A stretch of DNA of 63,261 nucleotides, filler included, from Phoronis australis (lineage: Eukaryota; Animalia; Phoronida): the NCBI GenBank assembly GCA_002633005.1. It is 6 parts of 6 records of this genome, joined end to end, with 100 filler letters (N's around TTAATTAATTAA, not from the genome) between each part and the next. Parts side by side here need not be neighbours in the genome. Positions count along the whole stretch, not along the records: positions 1 to 19,693 come from NMRA01000016.1; 5 more parts are not named here. One strand, written 5' to 3'. The translations under genes were made by a program, and so were the position numbers. The notes below the pieces were generated by a model. The model ran no database searches. It was not told where the DNA came from and worked only from the letters and a program-made list of their open reading frames with translations. Position 1 is the stretch's first letter. The number at the start of each line of letters is the position of its first letter. This document shows positions 1 through 11,988 of this stretch, piece by piece.

Positions 1-1467
1 CCTCCTCAGGCCTCCACTCAGTTCGGCACCCCCAGACCCCCCCCCCCTCCCGCATTTACGCCAATGCTTCCTACTGCTTTCCAAAACAATAACTCATAAG
101 TAGGGCATGCTTATCGATCACAATCATAACTGTGCGTGACGTCCCCTCGCTGCGCCGCGTTGCGGATGAAATCGGTTAGACAGTCTTCCCTGATACTGCA
201 TGCGTACATAAAATTGTGATTGCGTTGGCTGTGAAGCAGCTCTCCACTCGGAACACAGATCCTATACTGATGAGAACTACCAACTAAGGAACGTTGTTGA
301 TTGTGGAGCACCGTCATAGACTTCGAGTGCAAGCATTTTGTCTTGAAATTGGAAGCTGCATTGACCCAGTGTGTGTTGTGAGCTGCTTCATAACGGTGAA
401 AACCAGTAGGATACACTGAATGTTGATCAAACGTATAAATCCGCTATTAGTACCGTCTGTTACAACTGTATTACCTTGTGTGGCTGACTTATTAGTATGG
501 TTTGATGGTTATTTCGGGGTCTCAGTTTGAGCAAAAGGCAGTTTTATAAAACCTCCGCCGCTATTGTATGAATGAAACGAATAAAAAAGCAAAGGTCACG
601 AGAAAGTCGATTGTTTGCCAAGCTGCCCTTTGTCGGAGAGAGGGGTCAAATTCTGAAAGCGGCCTAGCTGGCGGAAAAAGGCTAGCTATAGATCTGAACT
701 GGAGTTAAGTTGTGACGAACTTATCTCTCTGGGCCTTTAGATGAAGTTCTGTTTATTTGGTTTAACAATTGAAGAGATGAGAAGAAACTGAAGAACGAAA
801 CAATGGGCCATTCAAGAGATACATGCCGTGCGTAATTTTCATGTCAATCCTACAAAAAGTGCGACCTGTAGCGTGCGAACAAAAAAATGCAAATTTCATA
901 TCTGAGTAACAGACAGTAATCATAAGCAATGTTCATTTCATCTCCAAAACTGACTTCTCGTACAAAAATTAGCTAACACTCAGCTCTGTAAGCAGCAATG
1001 TACGGTACGTGCAAGGTGAAGCCGTGTATGTGTATCAAAGTTTACACTGATAGCCTTATCAGGAGAGTAAAATGTTGTCAGGCATTGATAACCTTTTAGG
1101 AACAGGTTAAAACGTTTAACACAAACAACTTTTGACTAGGGTGTACATGTATGTGGGTGCGTTAGGCCAGAGAATAGCATTGGTTTTGGTCTGATTTCCG
1201 TAGATGCAAGAATCTCGTTAGAAACGTTCGTGTGATCACGTGCATATGCAATGCATGGCGATATCTGCGAGTGAATGCGTCTACGGTACGGGGACCTGTA
1301 TTCCGTGGAATCTCACCAACGAGGTAATTGAAATGAAAATGAAAATGAGTGTCTACGGGAGAGTTTTTGCAAACGACCCCCTCTCCCTCCCCCACACCCA
1401 CCCCCGGTTGGCCAGTGTTTCAACGCTCTTAACATGTTGTTTCGAATACAGGTAATAAAGGTCCGAC

Positions 1468-4400
1468 ATGATGCGCTATCTCATCTTAGTTGGCGTGTGT
1501 CTCCTCGCTTATTGCATGTACATACCACTACCTGAAAACTATGACGAACCTTGGATGACTCGATACATTATGCTAAAGAAGAGTATCACCAATACACGGG
1601 TGAGTTTTCCGGGATCACATTGGTCCGTTTTGGCCAATATGTTGTTAAAAAGCTTTAGTGAGTCATACGTAAACCTTGAATATAGGAGGCGATCACTGTC
1701 AGTGCTACACCATTACTATTTGGCCTACGGTCTTTTTTTAAGGAAAGATTATGTAGGACCCATAAAAAAATCCAACATCATATCTCAGAAATGGGTCATT
1801 GGTTTCATATAAAACTTTCGTATACTATCCTTTTTGTACTGTTCTCCAAAACGCTGTTGAAAATTAGTTTTAAAATGTTGATTTTTGTATGAGAGGCTGT
1901 CAACAACCAGACTAACGATTTTCATGAAAAAAATGAAAAGTTGCGTAAAACGAAAACGAGATGGCAATTTAGAATAATGTGACAATTTTTTGAGATTCAA
2001 TCTTGAACTATTGTATCGTATGTTACTTGTACCTTTATTTTGCTGTCAATGTGCCTTTCTTTTTTGCTAAATGATACTAAATTAATGACAAATTTGTAAA
2101 ACGACAAAACTCAAAATCTTCAGGCTTTCTTCAGTCAGAAAATACGTACTTTTGCTGAGTTAACATGGGCAGCGCACCCCTACGCCGCACATGGTCTATA
2201 AGCAGTGCACCACAGGGGGGGCTGAGGGGGCTATAACCCCCCCCCACACGCACACACTTTTTTCAGTGCTGCGCCGCCCATGGTTAATATCTATATTTTC
2301 AGGTATTTGACTGAACTCACAGACTTGTCGATAAGGTCCCACGTGAAATGAAAGCCGCACTAAACCAGTGTGCCGTCGAGTAAACCTACTTTTGATTTAG
2401 ACCACTTACCGCGGCTATGATATTGGTCTCTGGAACTTATTCCTTACTCAGACGAGAAGTGACTTTGGTCAGGCAAAGAACTGGCAGTTCATTATTTCTC
2501 GAGACCATCAGGCCAAGCAAATAAAGTGACACAGGCAAACTTGCAAAGCCTGGCGTGCGTTCAGTAACGTGATGACCAACACTAGGACCTAGCTAAAATC
2601 TAGCCAAGGTCACGTGTTCTCATTAAAAATATACGGCAATATCTCACGTAATTTCGCGAAGTCTTGCTTTTTAGCGAGGTCCTAGGGTTACTGAACGGGA
2701 GGCTGGTATCTAGCAATAACGAACGGCCGGGCCAACTCCTTTCAAGCCCAAAATACGCTTAATCTAAAGAACAGCTACTGAAAGTGGTCTCATTCGAAAG
2801 TTGGACTTGCGAGGGCCAAAGTGGGTTTAATTGTGACTGGTTTAATAAGTTACATAAGATGATAAAATGAAGATCAATGTGCTAGTTTTCAAAACCGTCT
2901 GTTGTAGTCCTAACCGTGATGACTTGCATGTGCCGGTGCACTAGAAGCAACGCCTTTCACAGGCGTCCGTAGCTTCTGATCGTCCCCAAAACACTATGTA
3001 TAATATATCATATGATATGTACATGTACATAGTGTACTGAGGACGACCGGAAACTATGGACGTCTCGAGGATGACGGGTGCAAATGTAGCTCCACATGCA
3101 AAGTGAGGTCAAAAGTAGGGACATTTTGATGTGGAATGACCTGTGTCACTGTAATGATGACCATAAGTGGGAAAACAACTGGCGAACTGGAAATTTTGAA
3201 CCCTTTGTAAAAATCCGCAATGATTTGGCACATTTTGTATTGAACGCTAGATAATTGAACAAACATCTCGAAAAACGGTTGATTGTTCATTGCTTTTTCC
3301 GTAGCTTGTTCTTCAAAGTTATTTGGCCGGTTACGAGCACCCACTCATACTTGTGCAAGAAAATCAAGCAAAAGAGAGATCACGCGTGCGCTGTGAAGCG
3401 TCCCCGGGACTGAAGGTTAGTGATGCAGATACAACTCTCAGGCTTCGCGGCCGGGGCAAAATGATCTAAAACCTACAATGGCTCTCGTGAACTCAAGGGT
3501 GAGACGTGTAAGTCCACTGCTTTCCTTTCTAAGCCTAATGCATAGTTTTTTGTGTCCTCATATCCGGCGGCTGTTGCCAACCTTCGTGCTGGCGGAAGAC
3601 TGTAGCGTTGCCGTTTGGCTTTTCCTGGATCACATCATCCAGTGGAAGTACAAACAAGAGGATTTGCCTGTCAAGTAAGAGCCTCGGACGATATCACAGG
3701 CTGACAATGGTTCGTTGTAAACGATAATCCAAAATTTTTAATGCTCGGCTTCCAAGTTAAAACTTGGAAATCGAGCACTATCTTCCGGAATCACAGTTCA
3801 GCTTTCGTGAATGTCCAGCTAGCGTTAGAGCGCCTCGTGACTTGGTATTGCGTGCTGCGGCATCTGTTATCGGTATAACCTTTGGTCAGGTGGTGAACCT
3901 TTTACGCCGTTTGATCTTTCAGAGACCCAGACAAACGTTAAAAAACGCAATTCGCACGCCATTTATCTTCCAGAGACCCACTGAGACTACTTCGTCTTCT
4001 TCGATCGGCGTTTTGCAGTGCATGTACATGTAGCTTTAGATGTTCAGTCCGGTCTTCTGAATAAAGTGTTCGGTTTGCTGCAATGATGCTGTAGGGCCCC
4101 ATAGTTTTATTTTGAGTTCCACCAGACTGCGCCATGTCTGGAACCACACTGAGACAAAAGTTGATACGATCGTCATACACTTGGCCCTACACTGACAAAG
4201 AATGTATGCCTCGCTCATATTCAAAATGGACGTCGTGTCATCCTTTGCACATGTTTCATTTCATGCCAACAGTCAATCCCCCTTTCTTTAAGTTAGGTTC
4301 AATTCTCATTTCTCACATTCAAGAGGCTACCGTGCACCTCTTTTCAGGTAACCGATCACACCTTCGATGGCGTCCCCGTACGTGTGTACGACCCCGAGCG

Positions 4401-7172
4401 GCGCTCTGCCAACTCTGCTGCTGTCGTGTACTACCACGGAGGTGGATGGGTCTTAGGAAACGTAGGTGAGGCTCAGACCACTGAGGTCACCTATAGCTTA
4501 CCGGGTCTGACACCAAGTTTCATTGGGAACTCATGGATGGTTACAAGAACAGCGCCATGCAGTGGGATAACTCAGCTAAATACGTGGTTGTAACAAAGTA
4601 ACACACACCAACTAACACAATATTGTTAACCTAGTTTTAGTCCTAACCTGTAATGTGAATAAAGAGTCAAAACAGTCGGTGGTGGCTCAATTGGTTAATT
4701 ATAGCACAACCCTTGAAATCGTCTTTGTACATGTGTATCATACCCATGTCTTGCCTTAACCCAGCCTAAAAATGGGGGTCTCAAATTTTTTGAGAATGCA
4801 CTGGTCCTTTTACTAAGATTCTCAGGGTACGTTCAGAGCTATGAATTGTACATTCGCCGAATTTGGGTACTTTCTGCCTTTAATTGTAGTGGACTTTTGT
4901 CTCGTTTTCCACTTTTTGTCGTAATTTTTGTTTTTCTGAGGCTGACCTTTTTGCCCACTTTGCCAAATGGAGGGCTCGTTTGAGCCCCCGAGTCCCCTCC
5001 CGAGTGCGCGCATGCATGTTTCCATCCATTTCCATCCACAACATCAAGGTGTATGACCGTGGAGCACATCCTATGTCTTGAGCATCCTGACAGGGGACCG
5101 AACTGCATTGTAGTGTTTATCGTGATTAATTGAAAAGTGTACTTAAGGGATATCCTACGAAGACTTGAACAGTAAAGACAATTTTAAGGTAGTAAGTAAC
5201 ACCATTTCTCGAAAATGTGTTTGTATTATCTCCGTTCTTTGTTGCAGATGAATATGACTGCTTGGTCAATCGTATGGCAGTAAAAAGCGGACTACTTTAT
5301 ATCTCGGTGGAGTAAGTCTTTAACGTATTGTTCAGTATAGACCTATTTACCTAACTTACAAGGGGTGTCATCGGTTTGTTATTGCATGGGCAGCGCACCA
5401 TAGGGGGGCTGGGGGAGCTATAGCCCCCACTTTTTTCAGTGCTGAGCCGCTCATGGTCTATAGACAGTGCACCACAGGGGGCAGGGGGGCTTTAGCCCCC
5501 ACTTTTTTAGTGCTGCGCCGCCCATGTATTGCCGATAACATTATAAGCTCTGTACATGTAGTTGTTTCTGAAGGTAATGGTATAGCGCGGACGTGTTAAA
5601 TCTAAGGGAAAGTGAAAATCGACAATCAAGCTCCACTTTCTTTCGATTGCTTGACTAACACGTCCTGGTGGGAATTGATCAAGAAACAGCCCTGATCGAT
5701 TGCTGCACTGATGGTGATCTATGATCTTAAGTTCTGGAAGCCCTCACTCTCATGTTTTGCTATTTTTGGTCGTATATTCTACAGCTACCGTCTGGCTCCT
5801 CAGTATGTTTACCCCAGCGCTGTTGATGATTGTGTGGCAGCCACCAAGTATGTGATGAATCACGCAGCCTCTTTTGGAGTTGATCCAAAACGCATCGCAG
5901 TCGCAGGTAATGACAGTAATGTTTTGAAATTTCAAGCCGATTACAGCTGCCTGTAGGTGAGACGGAACCGATGCCAGCCACTCGGTGGCATGATGGTGAT
6001 ATAAAATGAACGGAACAGCTATTTTCATTTACAAGTACAATCTTTGATCAGCCGTGTAACAAAATTTAGGCCTTGAGCGTTCCAGGAACTTCGTAATATA
6101 CTGAGAATGAAACTTGTCAGCTTAACTGAATAACGTCGACCTCTCGTTTTCTTCGATGGGTTGATGTTAAATCCTAGTTGCGGGAACTCTGGCCACGTGA
6201 GATCTTGCTCTCGTTCCATGCTGAGGACAGTTTACATTTGGCGCCACCTAGTTTGTTAATGGAAGATCTTAAGGTTTGATTATCTGTAGCCTCCTGTACT
6301 CTTCTCTCAAATCAATTCTAATCTCAGCACCATATCTTAACATTTTTGTCAAACTCAAGTTCGGAGTCATGTAATCAGATGAAATACGTTCGCCATCAGC
6401 TCTTCTGGATCAATTATTTTTTGGTTTTGATCGCTCGAGTGTAATCTGTTAACAAATTTTGATCACGACCAATATACACCCCATTGTAGTTATACAATCA
6501 TGTGACTCTTTTGCAGGCGATAGTGCAGGTGGCTACTTATCTGCAGTAGTCAGTTTGAAGCTGAGGGACGAAGCCTTCCCCATCCAACCAGCAGCGCAGA
6601 TAATGATATACCCTGTAACCCAGGCAATGGACTTCAACACACCATCCTATAGGCTATATGGGAATTACGCCACTTTGTCTACGGACCTCATGTTAGCGTT
6701 TTGGGCTCTTTTTCTGAATGGAACCACATCTTCAATTAAGAGTGTTAGACACAAAAGCCACGTGCCAGCTGAAATGTATACTAAATACAGACGCCGATGT
6801 GACCCCTTCAGCTTAATTCCCAAAACTTATCTTGGACTCTCATCAGATCAGGCTGATAAGAAGGCTCACAGTGAAGTCGCAGATGCATATTTTGAGGCTT
6901 GGTTGAGCGACCCGTACGTGTCTCCTTTGCTGGCTGATAATCTCCGAGGGTTGCCCAAGTCTTACGTGATGACATCTGAGGCAGACGTATTACGCGACGA
7001 TGGTCTTATGTATGTAACTCGACTTCGAGAAGCTGGTAACGATGTTGTTCACAGTCATTTTTATTCAAGCTTTCACGGAATTATTTCGGGTTTAAAGCAG
7101 ATGTCGGGAGACTTGAAAGTGAAAGAAACTATGTTACAAGATGTCTTGGACTACATGGAGCGCGAGCTTTAG
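1468..7172 (+). CDS. Arylacetamide deacetylase / neutral cholesterol ester hydrolase 1-like (HSL-family alpha/beta hydrolase), 6 exons, 400 aa
   Basis: Exons 1468-1599, 3305-3415, 4348-4465, 5248-5311, 5785-5906, 6517-7172. All introns are GT-AG with consistent phases; total 1203 nt. Motifs: N-terminal hydrophobic anchor, VTDHTFDGVPVRVY, YYHGGGW oxyanion motif, SVDYRLAP, GDSAGG nucleophile, EADVLRDDG and FHG (catalytic Asp/His). AADAC versus NCEH1 cannot be resolved by eye. Confidence 0.92.
2164..2282. mobile_element. MITE family A, 5-bp TSD
   Basis: Termini CATGGGCAGCGCA...TGCGCCGCCCATG, flanked by GTTAA on both sides; related copy at 5385. Confidence 0.8.
2558..2697. repeat. Short inverted-repeat element (MITE-like)
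   Basis: CGTTCAGTAAC...CTAGGACCTAGCTAAAA is inverted relative to TTTTAGCGAGGTCCTAG...GTTACTGAACG. Confidence 0.5.
4750..5014 (-). mobile_element. MITE family B, 5-bp TSD
   Basis: Reverse-complement homolog of the 8644 and 28661 copies; flanked by CATGT on both sides. Confidence 0.75.
5385..5526. mobile_element. MITE family A, 5-bp TSD
   Basis: Same TIRs as the 2164 copy, with an internal duplicated GC-rich unit; TSD TATTG. Confidence 0.8.
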
Positions 7173-7508
7173 TTGCTCGTTTCTTGTCTTCTCGGCTGTG
7201 AGAAAAAATAGAAGTACACAAATCTCTCCTTTCTGTTAAATCTTTGAAGAACGTGTGGTGTATTATCAGCGTTCGAAATTTCGATTAACATGATGTCGGG
7301 ATACTTTGGAAATTAAACGTATACAGATTTTAAGGGCTGTCATCTATTAATGTAGTGTCTGAGTGCAACAGCATGCCCTCTTAGAAGACACAGCTGGTTT
7401 GAGAGATGCGTTTTTGTGCGCCTGTGTACATATCCATATGTGGGTGCATGTTGGCGTGGTTTCTGTCTGTGCGTCCATCTTACGCACCCTATCTACCAAA
7501 AGGGGTTA

Positions 7509-7776
7509 CAGTGGTGGATTTAGGGGGAGCTAAGGGGGCCATGCCTCCCCCAAAATTCTTCCACATACCATTTGGCAGTACAATGCATAGGCCTTGAACA
7601 AAGCCCGTTTACCGTTTTTTTTAGTTTTCTTTTTAGTAATAAGGTCCACAAACCCAAAAATTCGGGACCCCTGCATCCCTACATTTTAGGCTGGGCGCGC
7701 ACATGTCGCGAAATTCTGGTTATTCCTGTGCCCTGCTCTCCCCCCCCCCAACTCAAAATCCTGGATCCGCCCCCTG
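7509..7776 (+). mobile_element. MITE family C, 5-bp TSD
   Basis: CAGTGGTGGATTTAG...CTGGATCCGCCCCCTG with TSD GGTTA; homologous to the 11683 and 58198 copies. Confidence 0.8.
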
Positions 7777-8643
7777 GGTTAGGCCATTCCTATGCCCCAC
7801 AGGGCAATATTTTGCGTTTGTTTTTATATCTGCCTAGGCCCTCAAAACGTGGCAGATGTTATGTCACCCTATAATTTTTGTCTGCTCCGTCATGCTGAAC
7901 TGAACGTCGATATGTTATTCTGCACAATTTTGAGCTTTTAAGATTGTCACTCTTGAATTTTGTTATCAGACACTGCGTCTACTCAACAGATGCGATGTGT
8001 CACTTAAAGTGGCATTAAACCCTTCAGACCATGACCATAAGTGCTTGAATTCGGTTTATAATAATTAGGATATCATATTTTAAGTATTTCTTTTTTAATA
8101 TGTGTACTTGTAATCAAGAAATAAAGGCACAAAATTAACAATAAACAATTTTGTGTGATGTCATCAGTGAAAGCCAGGGGTCTTACTATCCGCCATTTTG
8201 TCGTGTGTGAGCGGGAGTGGTCTCAAAGAGTTGAATATTGCATGAAACGAGAATTATGAAAAGCTGCGAGTGCGCAGCATGCAGTAATAGCAATCGGATG
8301 TGCAACATTTCAGTGTTTGTCTTAACAAAAGACCACAAGGTCGTTCGGAATTGGCGCGGGTTCCTGTGTCGGGCATGGTAATGGCAGTACATGGCGAAGC
8401 AAGCGGTTAAGAGGCCATGGCGGGCTCACGGCAGCCTATTTTAAAGAATGTTGCTTCGACCCGTCGCAGAAATGGAACTTTGGTGAAGGTTTCGCCAACG
8501 TGTAAGTGCATTTGGTGGACAAAAACATTGTATTTATTTTGTACCATTGATGAGATTGTCATCAGGCAGGTATTGAGTGGTCCCTAGTTTCAGTCCGGCC
8601 GTCACCACAGCACAGTAATTCTAGAACAGACAAGACAGAAACT

Positions 8644-8873
8644 CATGCGCACACCCGGGGGGGGGGGGTTCGGGTGAAGTGGGCAAGAAGGTCCGCCTCA
8701 AACAAACAAAAATTCCGAAAAGTAGAAAACGAGACACTGTCCATTAAAACGGCAGGAACTACCAAAATTCGGCGAAAGCACAATTCAAAGCTCTAGACGT
8801 ACCACGTTTTTTTAGTAAAAGGTCTACATTCTCAAAAATTAGAGACCCCATTTTTAGGCTGGGTGTGGACAGG
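8644..8873 (+). mobile_element. MITE family B, 5-bp TSD
   Basis: CATGCGCACACCC...GGGTGTGGACAGG with TSD AAACT. Confidence 0.75.
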
Positions 8874-9455
8874 AAACTAGTATCATTTACCAGAAATAAA
8901 ATCCAGTCAGCATCACAATAATGATGATAGTTTTTGACATGCCCACTCGGCATTCGAAGAAAATGAAATCAATGTGGCCGTTGTTGGCGACTGGGCTTTG
9001 ACAGTCAGGTAAAAACTGTGGTTATAGATTTACAGTTCGTGACATATATATATTACTTGACACTAAAGTGACTAGAAAATTAAACAGTGGTTCAATGAAA
9101 TGCTACAAATATCAGCTCAGACATCAGGGCTGTCCTCAGACTGAGTCGGCTTGACTCGCCGACGTCGCTGGTGCGGGAAGGTTGAATTTCCACGGTCTCA
9201 AACACGCAGTCTGCCGATATGGAGAGGCATAACTCGTTTTCTATTTCACTTATAGCCTGAGTGTCGTCTTCACCGCCATCTCCATACTTATCTTTATAAT
9301 TCACATCCAGGTCGCTCTCTAAGTCTTCGTACACTACATTCCCCATGCATGCTGTCAACTGATCAAGGTCTTCCACTCAGTGACGACTTCACGTGGCAAA
9401 AAAATCGTTAGTTTCTCTTTAAAATTTCCCAATAATGTCCCAAAATATGTATTTC

Positions 9456-10620
9456 TTTTTTTTAAGTGATATATATTTATTGAAGAACACACAGAACGTA
9501 CAATGAAATAATGACAAACCTAGAAATCGCGAAGCAATATATCTGGGTTGTAGACAATTCATAAATGAAACTAATATACATAGAGGTATATACATTTAAG
9601 TAGTATCTTATATAAGTATCCCAATACTTAGATATGCTATTGCGAATATATAAAAACAAAAAAATTTACAGATTCGTGTATGGAAATCAGAAGCAACAGT
9701 ATTTATAAACGGTACATAAAAATTTGCTAACGTTGCTTATGAGGAATTCATTGAGAACAAGGTCAAGGTTAGGACTACCATTCAATAATAATGCAACTTT
9801 AGTAGGGATATTATTACAAGAATTGAGAGCTTTCACAATTGATCGGTTTTCATTGAGTGCACGAAAAAGTGAGTCTCTCAGGTATTCGGTGAGGGGACAT
9901 GTGAAAAAACATGAGGATAAGATTGATGGTCACCACATTTACAGTTTGAAGAGACATTACTTAAGTTGTGCCTAAACTTGTCGAAGTTAATAAGGAAAAG
10001 ACCGCATCTTGATCTGTACAATGCTATTTCGATATCGCGGGGAAGGGAGAATTGAGTCAAGGGTGTTGAGTTACCAAAGTTATGAAAAATAGTTCTAAAA
10101 TGTTTTTTATACTCGTAAAACAGTTGGCAATGCTTTCCTTAACAGAGACTGGAAGAGAATTCCAATTGTTGATGCACATCATAACTGTAGGCCTTCAGAA
10201 TGCCTGACTGAACGACGGAGGAACTGCATATGGGGTGGAGGATCTCAAATCACTACGATGGCCTTGTCTAGTGTATGGATCAAATATTTTTTGACAGAGG
10301 CGTTGTTGATATTGTTTATTACTTTGAAAGTAAATGTTCTCATTTGAAGATTGCGTCGAGTAGACAGTTTGGGCCACTTGAGACTATTCAAAACCTTAAC
10401 ACTATTGGATCCCCTGTAAGCTCCGGTAAGGTTGCTTGATACTGTGATTTCTCCAAATGCTGGAGTGCACCAGTGTTGGCAGACTGATATATAATATCAC
10501 AATAATCGATGTGTGGAAGTACAAAGGATTTGAACAGAACTTCTAAATGTGTAGAATTCAGACGACGAGAGACATGCTTATGTGGGTTAATTTGTTTCTT
10601 TAGTTAGATTTCATGATATA
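9456..10620 (-). mobile_element. CR1/L2-type non-LTR retrotransposon, 3' fragment
   Basis: Minus-strand remnants LFKSFVLPHIDYCD, WNSLP and CKCG..H..CP (zinc knuckle), followed by AATAAA and an A-rich tail near 9456-9485. Confidence 0.65.
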
Positions 10621-11682
10621 AATTTATAATATAAAATTATTGCCTCATTGAAGGAACGATTTAAACACGTGCTCTCTGCCATAAACAACATTAAATTCGA
10701 CGTGACGTCAAAACCACATTTCGATTTAGACTACTTATCGTGCTCCTTGATCATCTTAAGACGCATTCTCTCGGCTCGGGAACAACTGACAGTTCTTAGC
10801 ACCTATGTGTGGACCCAGCGATCATTTGAAACCGATTTCTTAACAGTGAGTGATCTAAATCAAAACTTGTTTTTGACGACACGTCGAGTTTAATGCTGTT
10901 TCAAACAACTTTGTTAATTTGTGAGGATTATTGTAAAGCGAGCTGTGTACATATCTTCAGCGAACTGAAGTAATATTCGATGTTTTAAGGAGCCACAGAT
11001 TGCTACAGTTTTATTGTTCAACGTGTTTAATTTTATTTTTTAACTTAAAAATGGTATAAACCGTTCAAAAAGGAAATTTTTGATTAAAAAATGTAAGCGG
11101 TTGTACCAGACATGCACAGGTTGGTCTCGTGGGCCAATTGCACAGATCATTTGGAACAATTTTTTGCTTTATTAATCGTTAGAACCGAGGTGAGAAGCTG
11201 ACTAAAGGGTTTAGCAGTGTGCCCCAGTGAGACGCAACCCACAACCTTGAGTAAAGGGAGCGGCCACCTACAAAACTAGGCCAGTACCTCTATAGATTTG
11301 GCCTCGGCTTACAAAAAGCTGATAGTTTGTTTTTCCTTGAGACCATGGTTGACGAATAAAATGACACGGCGTGACACAACAACATGTAGAATCTGGTCTG
11401 GAGAAATAACGAATTGGAATTTCTGTGGAAGCTGAGAAAATGGGTGAATTAAGGAACGATTTGGGGTCGATTTCATAACAGTAAGTGACATAAATTATAA
11501 GTTGTTTTTTGTGATGAAAAGTGGATTTAGAGGTTGTCATTAACCTTTATCATTTATCAGTCTGTAAACAAAGTAAACTCGTGTTACAAAACATATTGTG
11601 ACCAAAACCCCTCATCATTTTCTTTTTATCTTTCAAACTGTGAATATTTCACTAATGTTTCGTTTTTGTAAGAGTTGCTTAC

Positions 11683-11839
11683 CAGTGGCGGAATTAGAGG
11701 GGGGCCAAGGGGGCCATGCCCCCCCCTAAAATTCTACCAGATTACGTTTGGCAGTTCGGGGGTGCGAATGCGTGACGGGCAAAGTCTTGGCTAATACTCT
11801 GCCCTGTCCCCCCAACTCAATATCCTGGATCCGCCTCTG
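11683..11839 (+). mobile_element. MITE family C, 5-bp TSD
   Basis: CAGTGGCGGAATTAG...CTGGATCCGCCTCTG with TSD CTTAC. Confidence 0.8.
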
Positions 11840-11988
11840 CTTACTTGAGAGTTTAAAACAGCAACAGAGGCCACCTGAATATGATTCTTCAACTCCATCT
11901 TACGGAAAAAAGTAATAAATCGTGACGAATTTAAGTCAAAAATATTTTTATAAAAAAAACATAACTACATCAAATACAAACAAATCCT

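Larger units (their letters stand above)
8020..11209 (-). mobile_element. Possible decayed piggyBac-like DNA transposon with nested insertions
   Basis: Imperfect termini CCCTTCAG / CTAAAGGG flanked by TAAA/TTTA. The minus strand has an acidic ORF remnant (9092-9376) and Cys/His-rich remnants at about 8240-8345. Heavily degenerate. Confidence 0.35.

Noticed and set aside
3028-3058. Hammerhead-like CATAGT-GTA-CTGAGGA-CGACCG-GAAACTATG
   Set aside because: Stem III could pair (CATAGT/ACTATG), but the cleavage-site base is G and there is no stem I; likely chance.
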